A DNA stretch of 64,000 nt. Origin: Salisapilia sapeloensis CBS 127946 (lineage: Eukaryota; Protista; Oomycota). Both the position numbers and the translations under genes were made by a program. Positions 46,854 through 60,091 of the stretch are shown piece by piece (within the stretch, counting starts at the first letter, position 1; every line of letters begins with the position of its first letter). The notes beneath the pieces were generated by a model. It did no database searches. It had not been told where the DNA came from and saw nothing but the letters and a program-made list of their open reading frames with translations. The stretch spans positions 1 through 64,000 of the forward strand of contig JAADVB010000036.1 in assembly GCA_023334545.1 (NCBI GenBank). The letters run 5' to 3'.

Positions 46854-48948
46854 CTACTCGCTTTTCAATCCGTCGTTCATCGCACGATAGTCTACCGGCT
46901 TTCGATTCCGATACAAACGCGCATCCAGATTCACATCAGCCGGCACATTCGGTCTCTCCGCCACACCACTCTCTTCTTTGCTTCCTTCGCTATCCGATCC
47001 TTGCTTCACTCCAGATGACACACTGCTCTTTCGAGTGTACATCTCTCCATCATCGTCGCTATCGACTTGACTGGCAAACAGCAAGTAGTTGAGCTTTCGA
47101 TAATCCACTGGCGTCCGCTTACGCTTGCCAAATCGAGGCGACAGGTCGTCATTCGGAGAGTCAGTAGCTGTCTCTTCTAGACTACGCTTCGCCACCTTCT
47201 TTTCCAACCCGACACTAGCCTTGCTACTCTTCTCCTTGACACTACCTCCACTACTCTTCTTCACGCCAGCGCTAGATTCAACACCATTCGTCCCTTCTTC
47301 ACCACCGACAGCCATCTTCTCCGCCAACAACATCCCTCGCTTCATCCGTCGATGACTGATAATCTCTCGCGTCCCGTCGTCAAATAGAATGCACCACTCT
47401 CGCTTATTCGTAATGATCTTTCGACTATCCGGCGCAGGTGGCGTCGCTTCTTCCACGACGCGACCCATGCGCGTGACTGGATCCGACTTGGCTTTAATCC
47501 CCACCCGCTCGCCGATGAAATTTACATGCCGATACGGTCTCGCTGCACCATCAAGCTGCAGACCAGAGTGTTGCAATTCTCTACAGCACAAGCCTCGGAT
47601 GTCAGCTATAGGAATAGATAGAGGCATGGAAGGACGTACGTGGCAGTCTTCATGACACGCTTCTTAGCCTCTGGAGGCGTCAAAACCTTGGGCGCGATCT
47701 TCACAGGTTCCTGCGCATCCTCTTCCTCTTCACGCGTGTCGTCGTCACGATCACTCTCGACTTCCTCCTGCTCCTCGCCACTGTCCGAAGTCGGAGGTGA
47801 CTCGGACATGACAAAGTCCTCGTCATCTTCATCTTCCTCCGCCAGAGGCACTTGAGACTGCTTTAAAAATGAGTTCGAAGGACGACCACCAGCCTTCTTC
47901 TCCCCCTCTGGCTCCTGAACACTTGCCATCGCTCCTGCTAATTCAGGAAATACCTACTAGTAACTCAGTACGCGTCAAACAATACGACTTCCGATGTGAA
48001 CTACCTCATCTGGCGTCTCGTACATGGTGCCTAACGCATAATTTATCTTCTTAAGAGACTCGAACATGGCAGCACAGCCATGGCAGAACCAATCTTCTGT
48101 TCCAAACGGAATCTCGCGCGTGGACACTGGCGGATCGAGACATTGCTGATGGTAAGCTCGGAAACACGTCGGCTGGTCACAGATTAGAATGTCATTGTCC
48201 GATGTCGTGTTCGTGCTGCCACAAATGGAGCAAATGATCTCCTCTGGCGCGACGTGCGTCTTGCCTTGTTTCAATGGCTCAAGCTGCTTGTCCTTCGCAT
48301 GAAGCTCTTCGATCTCGCGCAAGTACTTGACCACGAGCTGCTTGATACTAGTCATTTTCTCATGCGTCTTAGCAAGTTCCTTCTCCGGTTTTAGCTTTTC
48401 CAAATTCGCACTGCGCCAGCCTTCCCCTTCGTATGCTTCCACGTACGCCAACAAGTACTTGAGACGCTTGACCTGTGTGTGTACCATGTCTAGCTTATTT
48501 ATGTCGCTAGTAGCTATAAGAATGAACGTACCTGAGTGTTCACCTTGGCTTCGAGTGCCTTATACATGGAAATGTCTTCCTGTGGCTTTGGCACCTGAAT
48601 AAGAGACGCTTTCACGGTGACCTTGAGACCAGTCACGACGGCCTCCTCGACCTTGTAGTGCTTCTCAGACTCCTTTTTGCCCCTGCCTTTGCCCTTTGGG
48701 CGTGGGAGTCGGACAGGAGCCTTGTCCTGCGGCCGACTCCCGCGTGGCACCACGGCTGGTGGCGTGGTCATTTCTTCGCTCCGATTGGTCTCGCAGCTGC
48801 TATACCTTCTGGATGGAAGCCGCGTTATAGTTTTATGTAGGTGTACGCTATCATCCGAAGCCTACCTCGAAGGAATAGACCTGGTCACTCGGCTACCATT
48901 GGCGTCGTTCGCGTCGGATGTCTTCGTAGCCATCTCGTGGTTCTCCAT
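46854..48948 (-). CDS. PHD-finger chromatin protein (PRH/HAT3.1-like N-terminal region), multi-exon
   Basis: EGEGWRSANLEKLKPEKEL followed by ICSICG...DNDILICDQPTCFRAYHQQCLDPP...WFCHGC; acidic linker; repeated PVDYR motifs near the C-terminus. Confidence 0.8.
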
Positions 48949-49272
48949 TGTCAAGAATGATTTTAAGCAAGTTTCTCGATGATTTGTTTGTCGTCCGTAG
49001 CGTTTCCACGAAATGAACGCGATAGACTAGCTACAGACACTTAAAAGCGATCAAGGAGTGCAGAGACGACAAGGGATGGACGGAAGTCGATGCCGCCACA
49101 AAATGTCGAAATTAAATTCGATCTCGAGACGACGTAATTGGAAACCTTGGACACGTATCTCGATGAACGAATGCTTGCAGGAACTTACGAGTAGGATGTA
49201 TCGTAGTAGAAACAGATAAAATCTAAAGCTAGGTGTATTCTTACTTGCTTCCAAGTGTGGTTATTATACTTG

Positions 49273-50364
49273 CTACGCTGCACCATGCACGACTTCTTGC
49301 AACTCGATCGTGTTCTTTGCCTTATGGTCTTTGGCCATGGCTGCCAAACGAATCCGGCTGCGCTCCACAGCGTGGATATGACGCACCTTTTCGAACGCTC
49401 GTAGCCACATCGATTGCTGTCGAGTATCACCTTCCGCAGTTTTCATCAACGCGAGATTCTCAATCGACATCCGTACTAAGTTTGACAAATGCTCTGCTTG
49501 TTCCCTTGCTTCCTTGAGTCTTGCAGTCGCATGGTTCATCTCCTTCTGAGCAATCTTGACGTCCTCAACAGAATGGCGTCGCCGAGAGTTGAGCTTCAAT
49601 GCTAGCGACTTGTTGTTCGGGAAACTCATGAATCGAGAACATTGCGAATACTCGTCGTACAGAAGACTCGCAGGGTCCACTTCATTCGCGTGAAGCTTTT
49701 GCAAGTGAAGGGATATAGTTCCATCAGCGCTCCGATCAGCAATCAGTCTCGCCAACAAGTACTTAACCTCCACTTCTATTGCCTGCTCCTGATTCTGCAG
49801 CATCTTGGATTCATGCAGTCCCAAGGCACCTTTCAGCTTTCGCAAATCCAACTGCACAGGAGGAATCGTCTACAATCGTAGGAAAGTATCAGACATAAGA
49901 GCCGTGAGAATAAAGACGCATCCGACCAACATACCAAATTCGTTTCTGGCATTGTACGCATCACAGTTGCTTGCTCCGTCTTCTCCGCTTCATCTTCATG
50001 GAAAGCGGAGATCGTGACGCAGTTGGCACCAATGTTTTCATCGATGCAAACTTCCAGCGTCTCGTTGATCCGCCAGAAGAGCTTGTTACCATCGTAGATT
50101 ACCGATCGCTGTCCTGCCCCGGTTGCAGATGATGGACGATTATACCCGTTCGTAGGATCTCCACCCAAGGCTGCTTTATGCAGAGGAGAGAAGTTGACAT
50201 GATCAATCAGTTTCTGCGCCGATCGCACGGAGATGTGGCAGACTTCGCTATGCGCATTCCAAAGTAAGTTACTAGTGGAAAGCCAACGATGGCAGTACGG
50301 CAAACCATGTAAAGCTAGGCTTTGGTGCTGCTGCTAGAGTCGTCTTCATAGAACGTTGGTCCAT
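49273..50364 (-). CDS. Hypothetical protein with N-terminal C2H2-like zinc finger (3 exons)
   Basis: Splicing at 50305-50248 creates FTCEVCHISVRSAQKLIDHVNFSPLH (C-x2-C-x12-H-x6-H); helical C-terminus. The 3' end may extend further. Confidence 0.55.
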
Positions 50365-50471
50365 TCCGGATGAGAAACAGCAGTAACAAGTAGACTCAAA
50401 GGGTCAAATGTGGTCTTATGAGCAGCTTCGTCTATATTCAGCAGATGCTGTCCGTTTCAACGGAACTATTC

Positions 50472-52832
50472 CTACTCCTGCTTCTCTCCATCACGCGCAG
50501 CCCTCGCCGCATCCTTCTCTTCCTTGTTCTTCATAATGGCGTTATGCGTATCTTCACTATAAAGCTGCAGCTCCTTCATCGCAGACAATAGGACGGTGAT
50601 GTCAGCCTTGTTCGTCATCACATTCACCGAGTTGCGTCCACGCCAGATGACGACATTCATTAACCGCTTCCTACAGTACCTCCATCAGTGACACGCATCA
50701 ACATGATAAAGCTAAACAACGTACTCAATCTCCGTTTGCCCTTCCTGACGAAGACAGCAGGCGATGCTACCGACAGAAGACTCCTGTAGCAACTTCTCCG
50801 TGTCAGGGGCAAAGTCATCAAAGTCGAGCAACTGCCCTTGACGCTCCAGCATCATCTGGAACTCGTCACGACTCACCGTCGTGAATCGACTGCGCATGAA
50901 CGGCAGCAAGTGCGGCAGTCCTGCTTGGCACAAACGGAAGTTGCGATCACCGTCGCTTGTCATCGTACGCTCAAACATCTTGATGCCAGTGTACACGACG
51001 ATGGCTCCACCAGCCTTCATGCGTTCGAGCATCGGCAGCGTGATACTCTCCGACACGAACGTAATGCTCTTCGAGTCGCCTTCTCGAACCAGCAATTGGC
51101 TCGTAGAGAAGTCGTCACTGACGTCATAGAACGGTTGGAGCTGACTCCAGTGCTCCGATGGGAAAGACACGTAGTCGTACTCGGTGTTCTTCTGGCGTCT
51201 GCTTCCAGAACGCTTATTAGACGCCTCTTTCGACTCCTGTTCAACAGCAGCACTCTCCTCCGTCGGCTCTTCCTTGGTATCTTCTACAGCTGGAGTCTCG
51301 GCAGGCTTCTCCTCTTCCTTTGACTCCACTTCCGATGCCGTCTGCGCTTCCTTTGCATCCTCTGAAGGCTTGTTCTTCTTCGCCTTCGTCTCCACCTTTA
51401 GCTCCGGCGTCGGTGCCGTCTTCTTGATCAAACAGATAAAAAATCCACCCGTGTCCTATCCAAACACATGAGCTACTAGTAACCACTATACATCCGAAGC
51501 ATCAAGTACCTGGTCATGAGGAAGACAACGCATGCATCTATCCAAATGGAAGCTTTGTGCCTCTTCTTCCGTCGGTGGGAACATGGACGGAGTGAGTTTA
51601 TTCTTCTGACGCTTGGACATTTCTTCCTTCGTCTGGACTTGATCCACAGACGTAAAGGTAGTCATATTCGAGTTCATGACCGTCCAGTTCGAGATACCAG
51701 GTCGACGTTTAAGCAAGGGAATCGTTTGCGAAACATCCACAAGCTCCAAAGCACCATTACCCCATCTCAATAACTCCGCTACGATCGCTTCGTTCTCAAG
51801 CGGATTGAACGTACAAGTCGAGTAGCACATGTACCCTCCAACCTTGAGTAACGACGCACCACGCTTGACAATATCTTTTTGCAACGGATGGAGGGACATG
51901 CCGTTCTTGGCATCCCAATTTCGCCAAATGATCGGGTTCTTACGCAACGTACCGTCACCACTGCAAGGCGCATCACAGAGCACACGGTCGTAATAACCTA
52001 GGCTCTCATCCTGCGCATCTCCTGGGAATGGAAGTCGCTGAGCTTCTTGGCACGTCACGACGAGAGCAGGGGATCCGATACGTTTCGATTGGTGCACGAG
52101 CATGTAGCTACGCTTGAGGTCGACATCATTCGCAACGACCATACCCGTCGGTGTACGTCCAGTCGCTAGTTCCTCTGCATGTAGCGCCTCCAGTAGCTGA
52201 GACGTCTTGGATCCTGGCGCGGCACACATGTCCAGCACACGATGGTGTGGCTGAACATCTAGGACAAGAGGTGGGATCATACTGACAGCCTCCTGACGCG
52301 TGATGCTGCCACTGTCCGAGATTTCCACAAGCCATTTCTGGAACTGCGAGAGGATCGGGAGTTTCCGGATCTTGCGCCTCTCGACCGACCATTGGAAACC
52401 CTTACGATCGGGGTACCATGGCATCTCACTAATTGGAGCCACTTGCTCTCCATCAACCTCTAGACCTTGGAACTTGAATTCGTTCTCAATACGCTCTCGG
52501 ATTCTAACTACACCGTCAGATCATGCTTTTAGAGTCAATGTGAAGAACCTACTTTTCAGCAAATGCGCAAGTGTTGTTGATACGGAACGTCGTTGGCAGA
52601 GGTTTGGCTAATGCCGCCATAAAGTCCTCCCACTCGTCCTCTGGAACGATATTCTGACTCTACTCAATATGAGCTTCTAGCCTCCCATACAGCACATATA
52701 GGCACGAACCTTGTAGTACTCGACGAACTTGTCATTCGTATACACCCAATCACTAAATCCTCGACTCTCTCCATCCGGTTTACTCTTCTTCGCCCCCTTC
52801 CGGCCATGCTGTCTCCTCGGTCGCTTCCCCAT
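50472..52832 (-). CDS. NSUN2: tRNA (cytosine-5)-methyltransferase NSUN2/Trm4, multi-exon
   Basis: KPLPTTFRIN, ITRQEAVSMIPP, VLDMCAAPGSKT, VVANDVD, DRVLCDAPCSGDGTLRKN, YSTCTFNPLENE. Confidence 0.93.
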
Positions 52833-52937
52833 GTCTGCGGATGATGGCCAACAGTTTTATCTTTGAATTTGTATGTAAAAACAAATCTTGAAGGGTTGTA
52901 TGAAGTAAAAGTACTGGATTGTAAATAGAATGAAACA

Positions 52938-53972
52938 CTAGGCAAGGACCGCTGCACAGACCGTCACGTCGTCGCGTTTGCCCTCTTGCTTGCCAGCAAA
53001 CGACAGGAGATTGGAAGCAGTGTAAAAGGCTAGTGGTCGAACACGCTGCTCTTTAGCAAACATCGGCCGTGTCACCTGCGCAGCTGGCATGCTACTGCAC
53101 TTGGCAGCGAAACGGTCGTACTCTTCTTGGCTAATTGCGGCGTTCTGTTTCAACTCTGCAAGTGCATTCTGACAAAAGCCGGCGGCAGAAACGGCAAATG
53201 GGATGTACGTGTCCTTGATCTCTTGCTTCTCCGCTTCCTGATCGTCCACTGGTTGCTCTGGCTTCTTAGCAAACATACTCCGAGCTTTATTCATTGTCGC
53301 TTTTGCCATCTCGCCGCCGTCTGATGGTACACGTGAGATGCACTGGAGGATTTCATCTGCAAACAAATTGTCATGCACACCGTCAGAGAATACGAGACAG
53401 ACATCTCCTGCTTCGTATGAGCAAGACTGGACATCGACGCTGAGGTCGTAGTTGATAGCATCATGACTCGAGACGACGGCAGGGACGTTAAAGTCGTAGA
53501 TGAGCGAATCACTTTCAAAGACCACGGCACCATCCCGCACTAATATGCATTTGCAATCGCCAATAGAATACACGAGCATCGTGTGGGAGATCTCGTCAAA
53601 GAAGACGGCCGTGAGCGTCGAGTCCAGTCTTCCTTTGCGGTGCGTATGCTTTCGAGCTTTCTTCCGTGCTGCTTCGACGCACGCATGAAATTCTGCTGGC
53701 TTGATAGGAGCCGTCGCGCGCTTGCGAAGTTTGCGCAGTTTTCCCAACGCATGCAGCGTCTCGGCCACGAGCATACGTGCTAGCACGCCACTGGCTTTCG
53801 TGGTGCCGGAGACGCCGTCTGCGATGACCATGTACCCAGGTCCATAGCCGCTCGCGTCGTCTCCATGGAAAGCAAAGGAAGCTTGTCCAACGGACCGGAA
53901 TGGGTTCGATCCGTGCATCTCGATCGTGAGTCGACACGTCCGCAGGCGAGAGAAAACCGCGAGTGCGTCCAT
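52938..53972 (-). CDS. PTC7/SpoIIE-like PP2C phosphatase
   Basis: HGDDA, VIADGVSG, DSTLT, YSIGDC, GDVCLVFSDGVHDNL, GKRDDVTV. Confidence 0.85.
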   Translation of the reverse strand: MDALAVFSRLRTCRLTIEMHGSNPFRSVGQASFAFHGDDASGYGPGYMVIADGVSGTTKASGVLARMLVAETLHALGKLRKLRKRATAPIKPAEFHACVEAARKKARKHTHRKGRLDSTLTAVFFDEISHTMLVYSIGDCKCILVRDGAVVFESDSLIYDFNVPAVVSSHDAINYDLSVDVQSCSYEAGDVCLVFSDGVHDNLFADEILQCISRVPSDGGEMAKATMNKARSMFAKKPEQPVDDQEAEKQEIKDTYIPFAVSAAGFCQNALAELKQNAAISQEEYDRFAAKCSSMPAAQVTRPMFAKEQRVRPLAFYTASNLLSFAGKQEGKRDDVTVCAAVLA

Positions 53973-54504
53973 TATCCTTATTTTAGACTTCTGTCCGTCG
54001 TAGCGATTAGGTTGGCACGGACAGACGATGTGGGAAGTAATCGGGAGACAGTTCGATACAAAAACCAAGTACGATCGAGGTCGGGTTGCACTTTGCGACA
54101 AGGCCGATTCGGTTAATCGGTAAGAGGCTTGTAGAGGTGAATGAAGGCTGTAAAATACTTGGCCATTGCTACTGACGACTGTATACTTCAATCGGAAGAG
54201 AGTGTTGATGGAAAGGAAGTATGAGTGGAGTGAAATCTTCCATGAAAGTGGATGGCGACATGGCATCCATCATAGAGAATCCGAATAGCATAGGAGGAAG
54301 ATACAAGTATCCACCTTGTGACTTTTATTACCTACTCACAAGCGTCAAGTAGTTCACCCGTCAATCGTACCACTGCATGAGATGCCGCATGCGATTCATG
54401 GCATCTCAATAAGAGGAAAATAGCCACTTTATTTATTGAAATTTTAAATATGCTGCATCAGTATGCTTATTATACAAAAACTGTCATATTAATTGAACGG
54501 CATT

Positions 54505-55315
54505 ATGAAGTTGAAAGTACTACTCCTTGACGGTCTCCAGGGGTCCACGAGCCGTGTATGGCGACTCACGGATCAGCTCCAGACCACACCTGTTGGTGGA
54601 GAACTCGATGCAATTATTGTCAACGGCGGGCTTGCTGCAAAAGGCGAGTATGACCAGATCCGTGCCGTCGCATCTGCGGAAGGCGATGCCATGGCACTCA
54701 TTGCACGTCTCGAATCCGTCGTCTGTCGCGTTCTCTACGTCCCCAGTGCTGTAAGATCGCTCTTGGCAATGCAATACTTGTGCAGGATACTGACGTGTGC
54801 TAGGATGACCCACCAACGATGCGTAGCTCCGTAGTGCCACCACCGGCGTTATCGCAGCATTCCGTCAATTTGTACAATAAGATGGATCAATTGACACCAG
54901 ACATTCTCGTGATGGGCTTCCAATACTGCTCCAGGTACATCTCCACTCGTAGAATCAAATTGCAAGAATTGACAATGGATGGTGCAGTCGACTGGCGAAA
55001 GGAGAGAATCCATTTGAGAACACCGAAAACAAGCTCATTCTCGTGTTTGCTGCCGACAGTGATACGCTAGGCACGCATCCTTCCAACGTCTACTTGATAC
55101 GCAGTGGCAAGCAAGAAATAGCCTCATACGGCGTCGATGCCCAGATCCTATACACCAGTACATTTTATCCTTCTCCACCTCCATCCACCTCCTCACACAT
55201 ATCTATAGGTCCATTGGAAGATGACCAGTTTGTCATTTTAACCTTCGAGCAAGAGCAAGGTCGCTGGCAACTTGGCGCATGGGAGCACCACCATCTAAGA
55301 AAAGAAAATGAATAA
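54505..55315 (+). CDS. Degenerate calcineurin-like metallophosphoesterase-fold protein (3 exons)
   Basis: Motif spacing KVLLLDGLQG / DAIIVNGGL / CRVLYVPSA|DDP parallels D-x-H / GD / GNHD of metallophosphoesterases, with the ligands substituted. Confidence 0.45.
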
Positions 55316-55345
55316 AGATTTTCTTTCGCATTTAACTTTGCCAGA

Positions 55346-56370
55346 ATGAGCGCCAACGACCCATGGCACATCCGAGAGACGTATACGATCGAGAAGCACA
55401 AGTCGAACGACGGAAAGCAGACATATATCAATAACTATGAGCTCCTGCAAACGCTCGGTCATGGTGCTTTTGCCAAAGTCAAGTTATGTCGCCGGATCAC
55501 ACAGGACGACCGACCATCGCGACACTTTGCATTGAAAATCTTCTCCAAACGCGAGTTAATGAAGCAAAAGGAGTACACTGGTACGAATGCAACTCCCATG
55601 CGATCTGCTCTAGATCGTGTTCGAGATGAAATTGCTATCATGCGTGTCTTGTATCATCGCAACATCGTTCTTTTATTCGAAGTCCTGGAGGACGAACGCA
55701 ATGATAAGCTATATATGGTCACGGAATACATGTCCGGAGGCCCGTGCATGACCTATCGAGCTGACACGAAAGACTTTGTTAGTCCTATCACGAATAGCGT
55801 GTTATCAGAAGAGCTAGCAAAAGCTCATGTCCGAGACGTTTTAAATGGACTCGCCTATCTCCACGCTCGTAACGTCTGTCATCGAGACGTCAAGGTACAT
55901 CTTTCCCATCCTTTTCTTAGTGCGCAACTGATACGAATATACTTCAGCCAGACAATATTCTCCTGAATGAAGAGCATCGATGCCACTTGACCGACTTTGG
56001 CTGTGCCATGGTCGCTACGTCCACGCAAGAGACGGTGAGCGATACCATTGGAACATATCAATTCCTCGCGCCCGAATGCTGTTCTGGTGACCCCTTCGAT
56101 CCTTTTAAAGTAGACATCTGGGCAGTCGGTGTTGTCCTCTATGTCTTCCTCTTTGGTCGTCTACCTTTCGACAGTGAAAACCTAAAGGACTTGATGGATG
56201 AAATTCTACAGAGCGCATTCCATCTACCGACAGACACAAGAACGATCAGTGATGACTGCTCCGACTTGCTCAAGCGACTCCTGACATCCAGTCCAGACGA
56301 TCGAATCACATTACAAGAAGCATTGGAACACCCATGGCTACAAGAAGAAGACGAGCCGCTCTCTTTCTAA
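55346..56370 (+). CDS. CAMKK-like Ser/Thr protein kinase (intron 55895-55947)
   Basis: LGHGAFAKV, FALK, EIAIM, HRDVK|PDNILL, TDFG, GTYQFLAPE, DIWAVG. Confidence 0.92.
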
Positions 56371-56408
56371 GTTTCAATTCCAAATTACCATCCTGTACTC
56401 TCTTGAGT

Positions 56409-57574
56409 CTACTTTGTGTCGTTATCAGGACAAACAATGTCTAGCATGCGATGGATACGTTCCACTTCTTCCTGCACTTGAATGCCATCTAGTCCGGATG
56501 GCATGAAAGGATCCTCCATGGCTAATTCGACGTTAAAGATCCCGCTCATCGTGACGCTCGTGACGACTGCGAGAGCGAGGGAGAACGCAAAGTTGGTCTC
56601 CATCGTATCACTCGAGTGAGCAATGTAGACGTAGTATGGACCAAAGAAGATAGGGAGGATCAAGATAAACAGTCTAGTAAAGGAACGAGTAGCCTGTGGT
56701 GTGCGATAGAACTTGACGTTCTGCATCCGCTCGAGACGAGCTTGTAGGAGCCAATGATACTGATTGATACGTGATGCTTCATTCGCTGGTAACCCAGCAG
56801 TCTTCATCACTTCTACTTGTTCATGCAGACGAAGGAATGTCGTGACTTTACGTGCCTCGAGCTCTTCGATCGTGTCCATGTAGGCTCGAGCGAGCTTCCG
56901 GCCGTGACTAGTGAGGCGGTGGCGGCCTCGATTCCACGTTGGAAGCAGCATCGTCTGGGCAAAGGTGTCGATAATGTTTTTGATAAGAGCCTTAGTCTTG
57001 ATGGCATGACCGACTGGCAGATTCTTCCTGCCTCCATTGCCAAAGTCCCACACGGCATTCGCCGTGACGATGTTCACCACCAATGATTTCGCTATAGATG
57101 CATAAGCTACTGGTACACTTGCTTTATAGATATATACGTACTCTCGGCTAGTGCATCTAACGCAGCATCTCGTCGCGTGAAGGCTTGCCGGATTTGCATG
57201 ATCATGGGGCTCACGACAGCGAATGAAACGATGATCCAGGACATGTTCGAGCCAAAGAGTTTGCCATTCTCCTTCACACCGTAGTAATAGTATAGCGTCG
57301 TGGTCAGCACAGACGTAAGTACTACGAGCACCGTCTCGAACGTAACGATGTGAAGCATGAAGATCTTCACAGCGGCGTAGAGGTCCAGTGCCGTGTGGTG
57401 CAGACGTCGCATGACGCTCGAATGCGAATGGGCCTTACGCTCTTCATCTAGCACTACTAGCCTCTGTCCGTCAAACGATGGTGTAGTATACGACGCGGAT
57501 GGCACATCGTGTTCACCGGTCAGTAGAGACGAGCTGTTCATGTGTTCTCGAGATGGAAAATGGAGATATGTCAA
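56409..57574 (-). CDS. Bestrophin-like (bacterial-type/UPF0187) membrane protein (2 exons)
   Basis: TM segments, AFTRRDAAL, KFYRTPQATRSF and AMEDPF..SGLDGI resemble bestrophin-fold channels. Confidence 0.65.
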
Positions 57575-57641
57575 TCATATTAATCTGTCGCATATGTGGA
57601 GAACGATGGGAATAGGAACAAGTTGATCTAGTATATGCTTT

Positions 57642-58366
57642 CTATTTAGACATAAAGAGCCTTTGTTGCAGTGGTGTGAAGACATCGCCACTCGAGCGAA
57701 TGCACCCGAGCAAGCGGTTCACGTCGTCAACACTGAAGTGTTCTTCCTGTCGAAAGTTATTCAGCTCATCTCCAAATGCTGATGTGAACTCTTCCAAGTA
57801 AGACTCTTGGAACGTATCGTTTGGTGCGTTGGTAGCTTGTACAGACGAGTGTTCCTCCTGCATCGCATGATGCACGGAACTAGTGGTTCGTACGACTTGT
57901 TCCAATTCGTCACTAGCAGCTACTAATTTTTCAAGTACATTGGCAGCATTCGTGTCAAAACTATCTACTGCACGATCATTCTTGTCTGCGTTATCTCTCG
58001 CACTCTTGATGCATGCTTCCGTGCCATGGAAATCACTGGACGCATGCAATACTTGCTCAATGTACGCTGCTGTCTGTTTCGCTGCTTCCGATGCACGTTG
58101 CTGCGTGTTCATCATGTCTTCCTCTTCCTCCGACTTGGTCGTTAAGACTCGATCATCCATAAGACTTCGCAAGACACGGTCATACTCGTCCTCCTTCGTC
58201 GACATCACTTGCAATGCAGATGGGAACTCGTACTATGCGATAGGTCTCATACGTCACACAGCTGGGCTTCCTCGGGTACGAAATAGACCGCAAGAGCGTT
58301 ACGACTTGAGGCACTCTTCACTACAACGGACGCCTGATAATCCCTCGGTATCCGTATAACGTCCAT
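57642..58366 (-). CDS. Protein with C-terminal Rsa3-like (ribosome assembly protein 3) domain; 5' exon uncertain
   Basis: FQESYLEEFTSAFGDELNNFRQEEHFSVDDVNRLLGCIRSSGDVF fits the YL...F.DDLD.LR...F...L..G..F pattern recalled for Rsa3. Confidence 0.5.
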
Positions 58367-58393
58367 TTACCATCTCTTCTCGTCTCTCGGAGT

Positions 58394-59912
58394 ATGTCGA
58401 CAACGATACCAGAGACGAATCCGACGCAGGAGGAGGATCAGCCTGGCTTCGTATCGGTGGTGAAAGAATCGTACAATAGCCTCGTCAATGCTGTCGTTCG
58501 GCCAATGCGAGCGATGTACGATGTAGCAGAGCTTGGACCGAGCAAATCGATGATCCAAGGAGTTATCACGCATCGAACAGACCTACAGCTTAAGAATGCT
58601 GCTGGATACACTCTCGAATGCAGTTGGTGGAAGCCGATGGACCCTAGCATACCGTACGCATCTCAAATCTACTGCATTATACATGTCTAAGATGCGATAC
58701 GAGCATAGTGAAGGAGCTACACAAACCGCGAAACCGTGTATTATCTTCCTCCATGGCAATAGTTCCTGTCGATTAGGCGGACTAGAAGTCATGTGCTACG
58801 CTATGGCGGTACAATTACATCTCCATCGCATACATATCTCATAGCTAATAGATCTAAATGATACATCTAGGCTGGCTTTAGTGTCTTTGCACTCGACTTT
58901 GCAGGTTCAGGACTCTCTGAGGTACATCCGCTACATCTCGTTCTCATCACTACTCGTATCCACTTACTCTTGCTATCCCTAGGGTAAATACGTCTCTCTT
59001 GGGTATCACGAGAAACAGGATATTGAAACAGTAGTCAAGTACCTCCAAAGCACTGGCGAAGTGACGAGAATATGCTTGTGGGGAAGAAGTATGGGGGCCG
59101 TGGCATCCATTCTGTACATGGAAGACCATCAGGATGACATTAGTGCAGTCGTTCTAGACTCTCCCTTTGCCAATTTACCTCAATTAGCGTCTGAACTCGT
59201 TGCTGATGGAAAGCTTGGCGTCCCAAAGCTCGCAGTCAAGCTCGTCATGCAGCTCATACGTCGTGATATTAAGAAGCGAGCGCACTTTGACATGTATAAG
59301 CTCAAACCTATCAACCACCTCGATCGGTACCCTCCTTCTTTCGTTTCCAAGAGACTTGGACATATATTTCGCTTGTATACTAAGACATCGTCATTCCCAA
59401 TCAGTAGGTGTACCATCCCTGCCTTTTTCCTTCGTGGCACGCAAGATGAACTCGTAGGAGCGCATCATATCGAAGCTTTGCATGCAAAACACAACGGACC
59501 CAAGCAACTTTTTAAATTCAAAGGCGGGCACAATACGCCTCGACCGACGAAATCATACACCCAAGCACTCAACTTCCTTCGCGTCATGATCGGTCTCTTA
59601 CCACTACCTACAAAGGAATCGACCGAGATGGACAAAGTAGTTGCTGTTGAAAAGTCAGGTCGATTGATACGTAAGGATCCACTTCCAGCAGGAACGTCCG
59701 TGGAAGACGTACCTAACATGTCGATCAAAGACCTCAAGAACGCTCTAGCTCGTGCCGGTCATGCAGATGTATCCGGCATTGAAAAACAAGAGCTCATTGA
59801 TCTCGTTCTAAAGGCACATGAACGTGCTGCCAAAAGTTCCCATGTGCAATCAAATACTCGACAAGAATCCGAACACTCGACCTTGACGGATGACGAATCC
59901 ATCTCTAAGTGA
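58394..59912 (+). CDS. Alpha/beta-hydrolase with C-terminal SAP-like motif, multi-exon
   Basis: IFLHGNSSCRL, FALDFAGSGLS, nucleophile LWGRSMG, RGTQDELV, GGHN; tail MSIKDLKNALARAG...EKQELIDLV. Confidence 0.85.
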
Positions 59913-60091
59913 AGCAAACTTTTGGACGAGTAGTGTCAGACAAGTATAAATACATGTGTACCACAATTGCAACTACCTCGCATCTAGATGAACACACAAG
60001 ACAAGCGAAAAGGCATATGCATCGATAGCTAAATTCATACCAGGCAACAAAGTCCATGGCTTACTGTCTACCTTTCTATCCCTCAAGCTTC

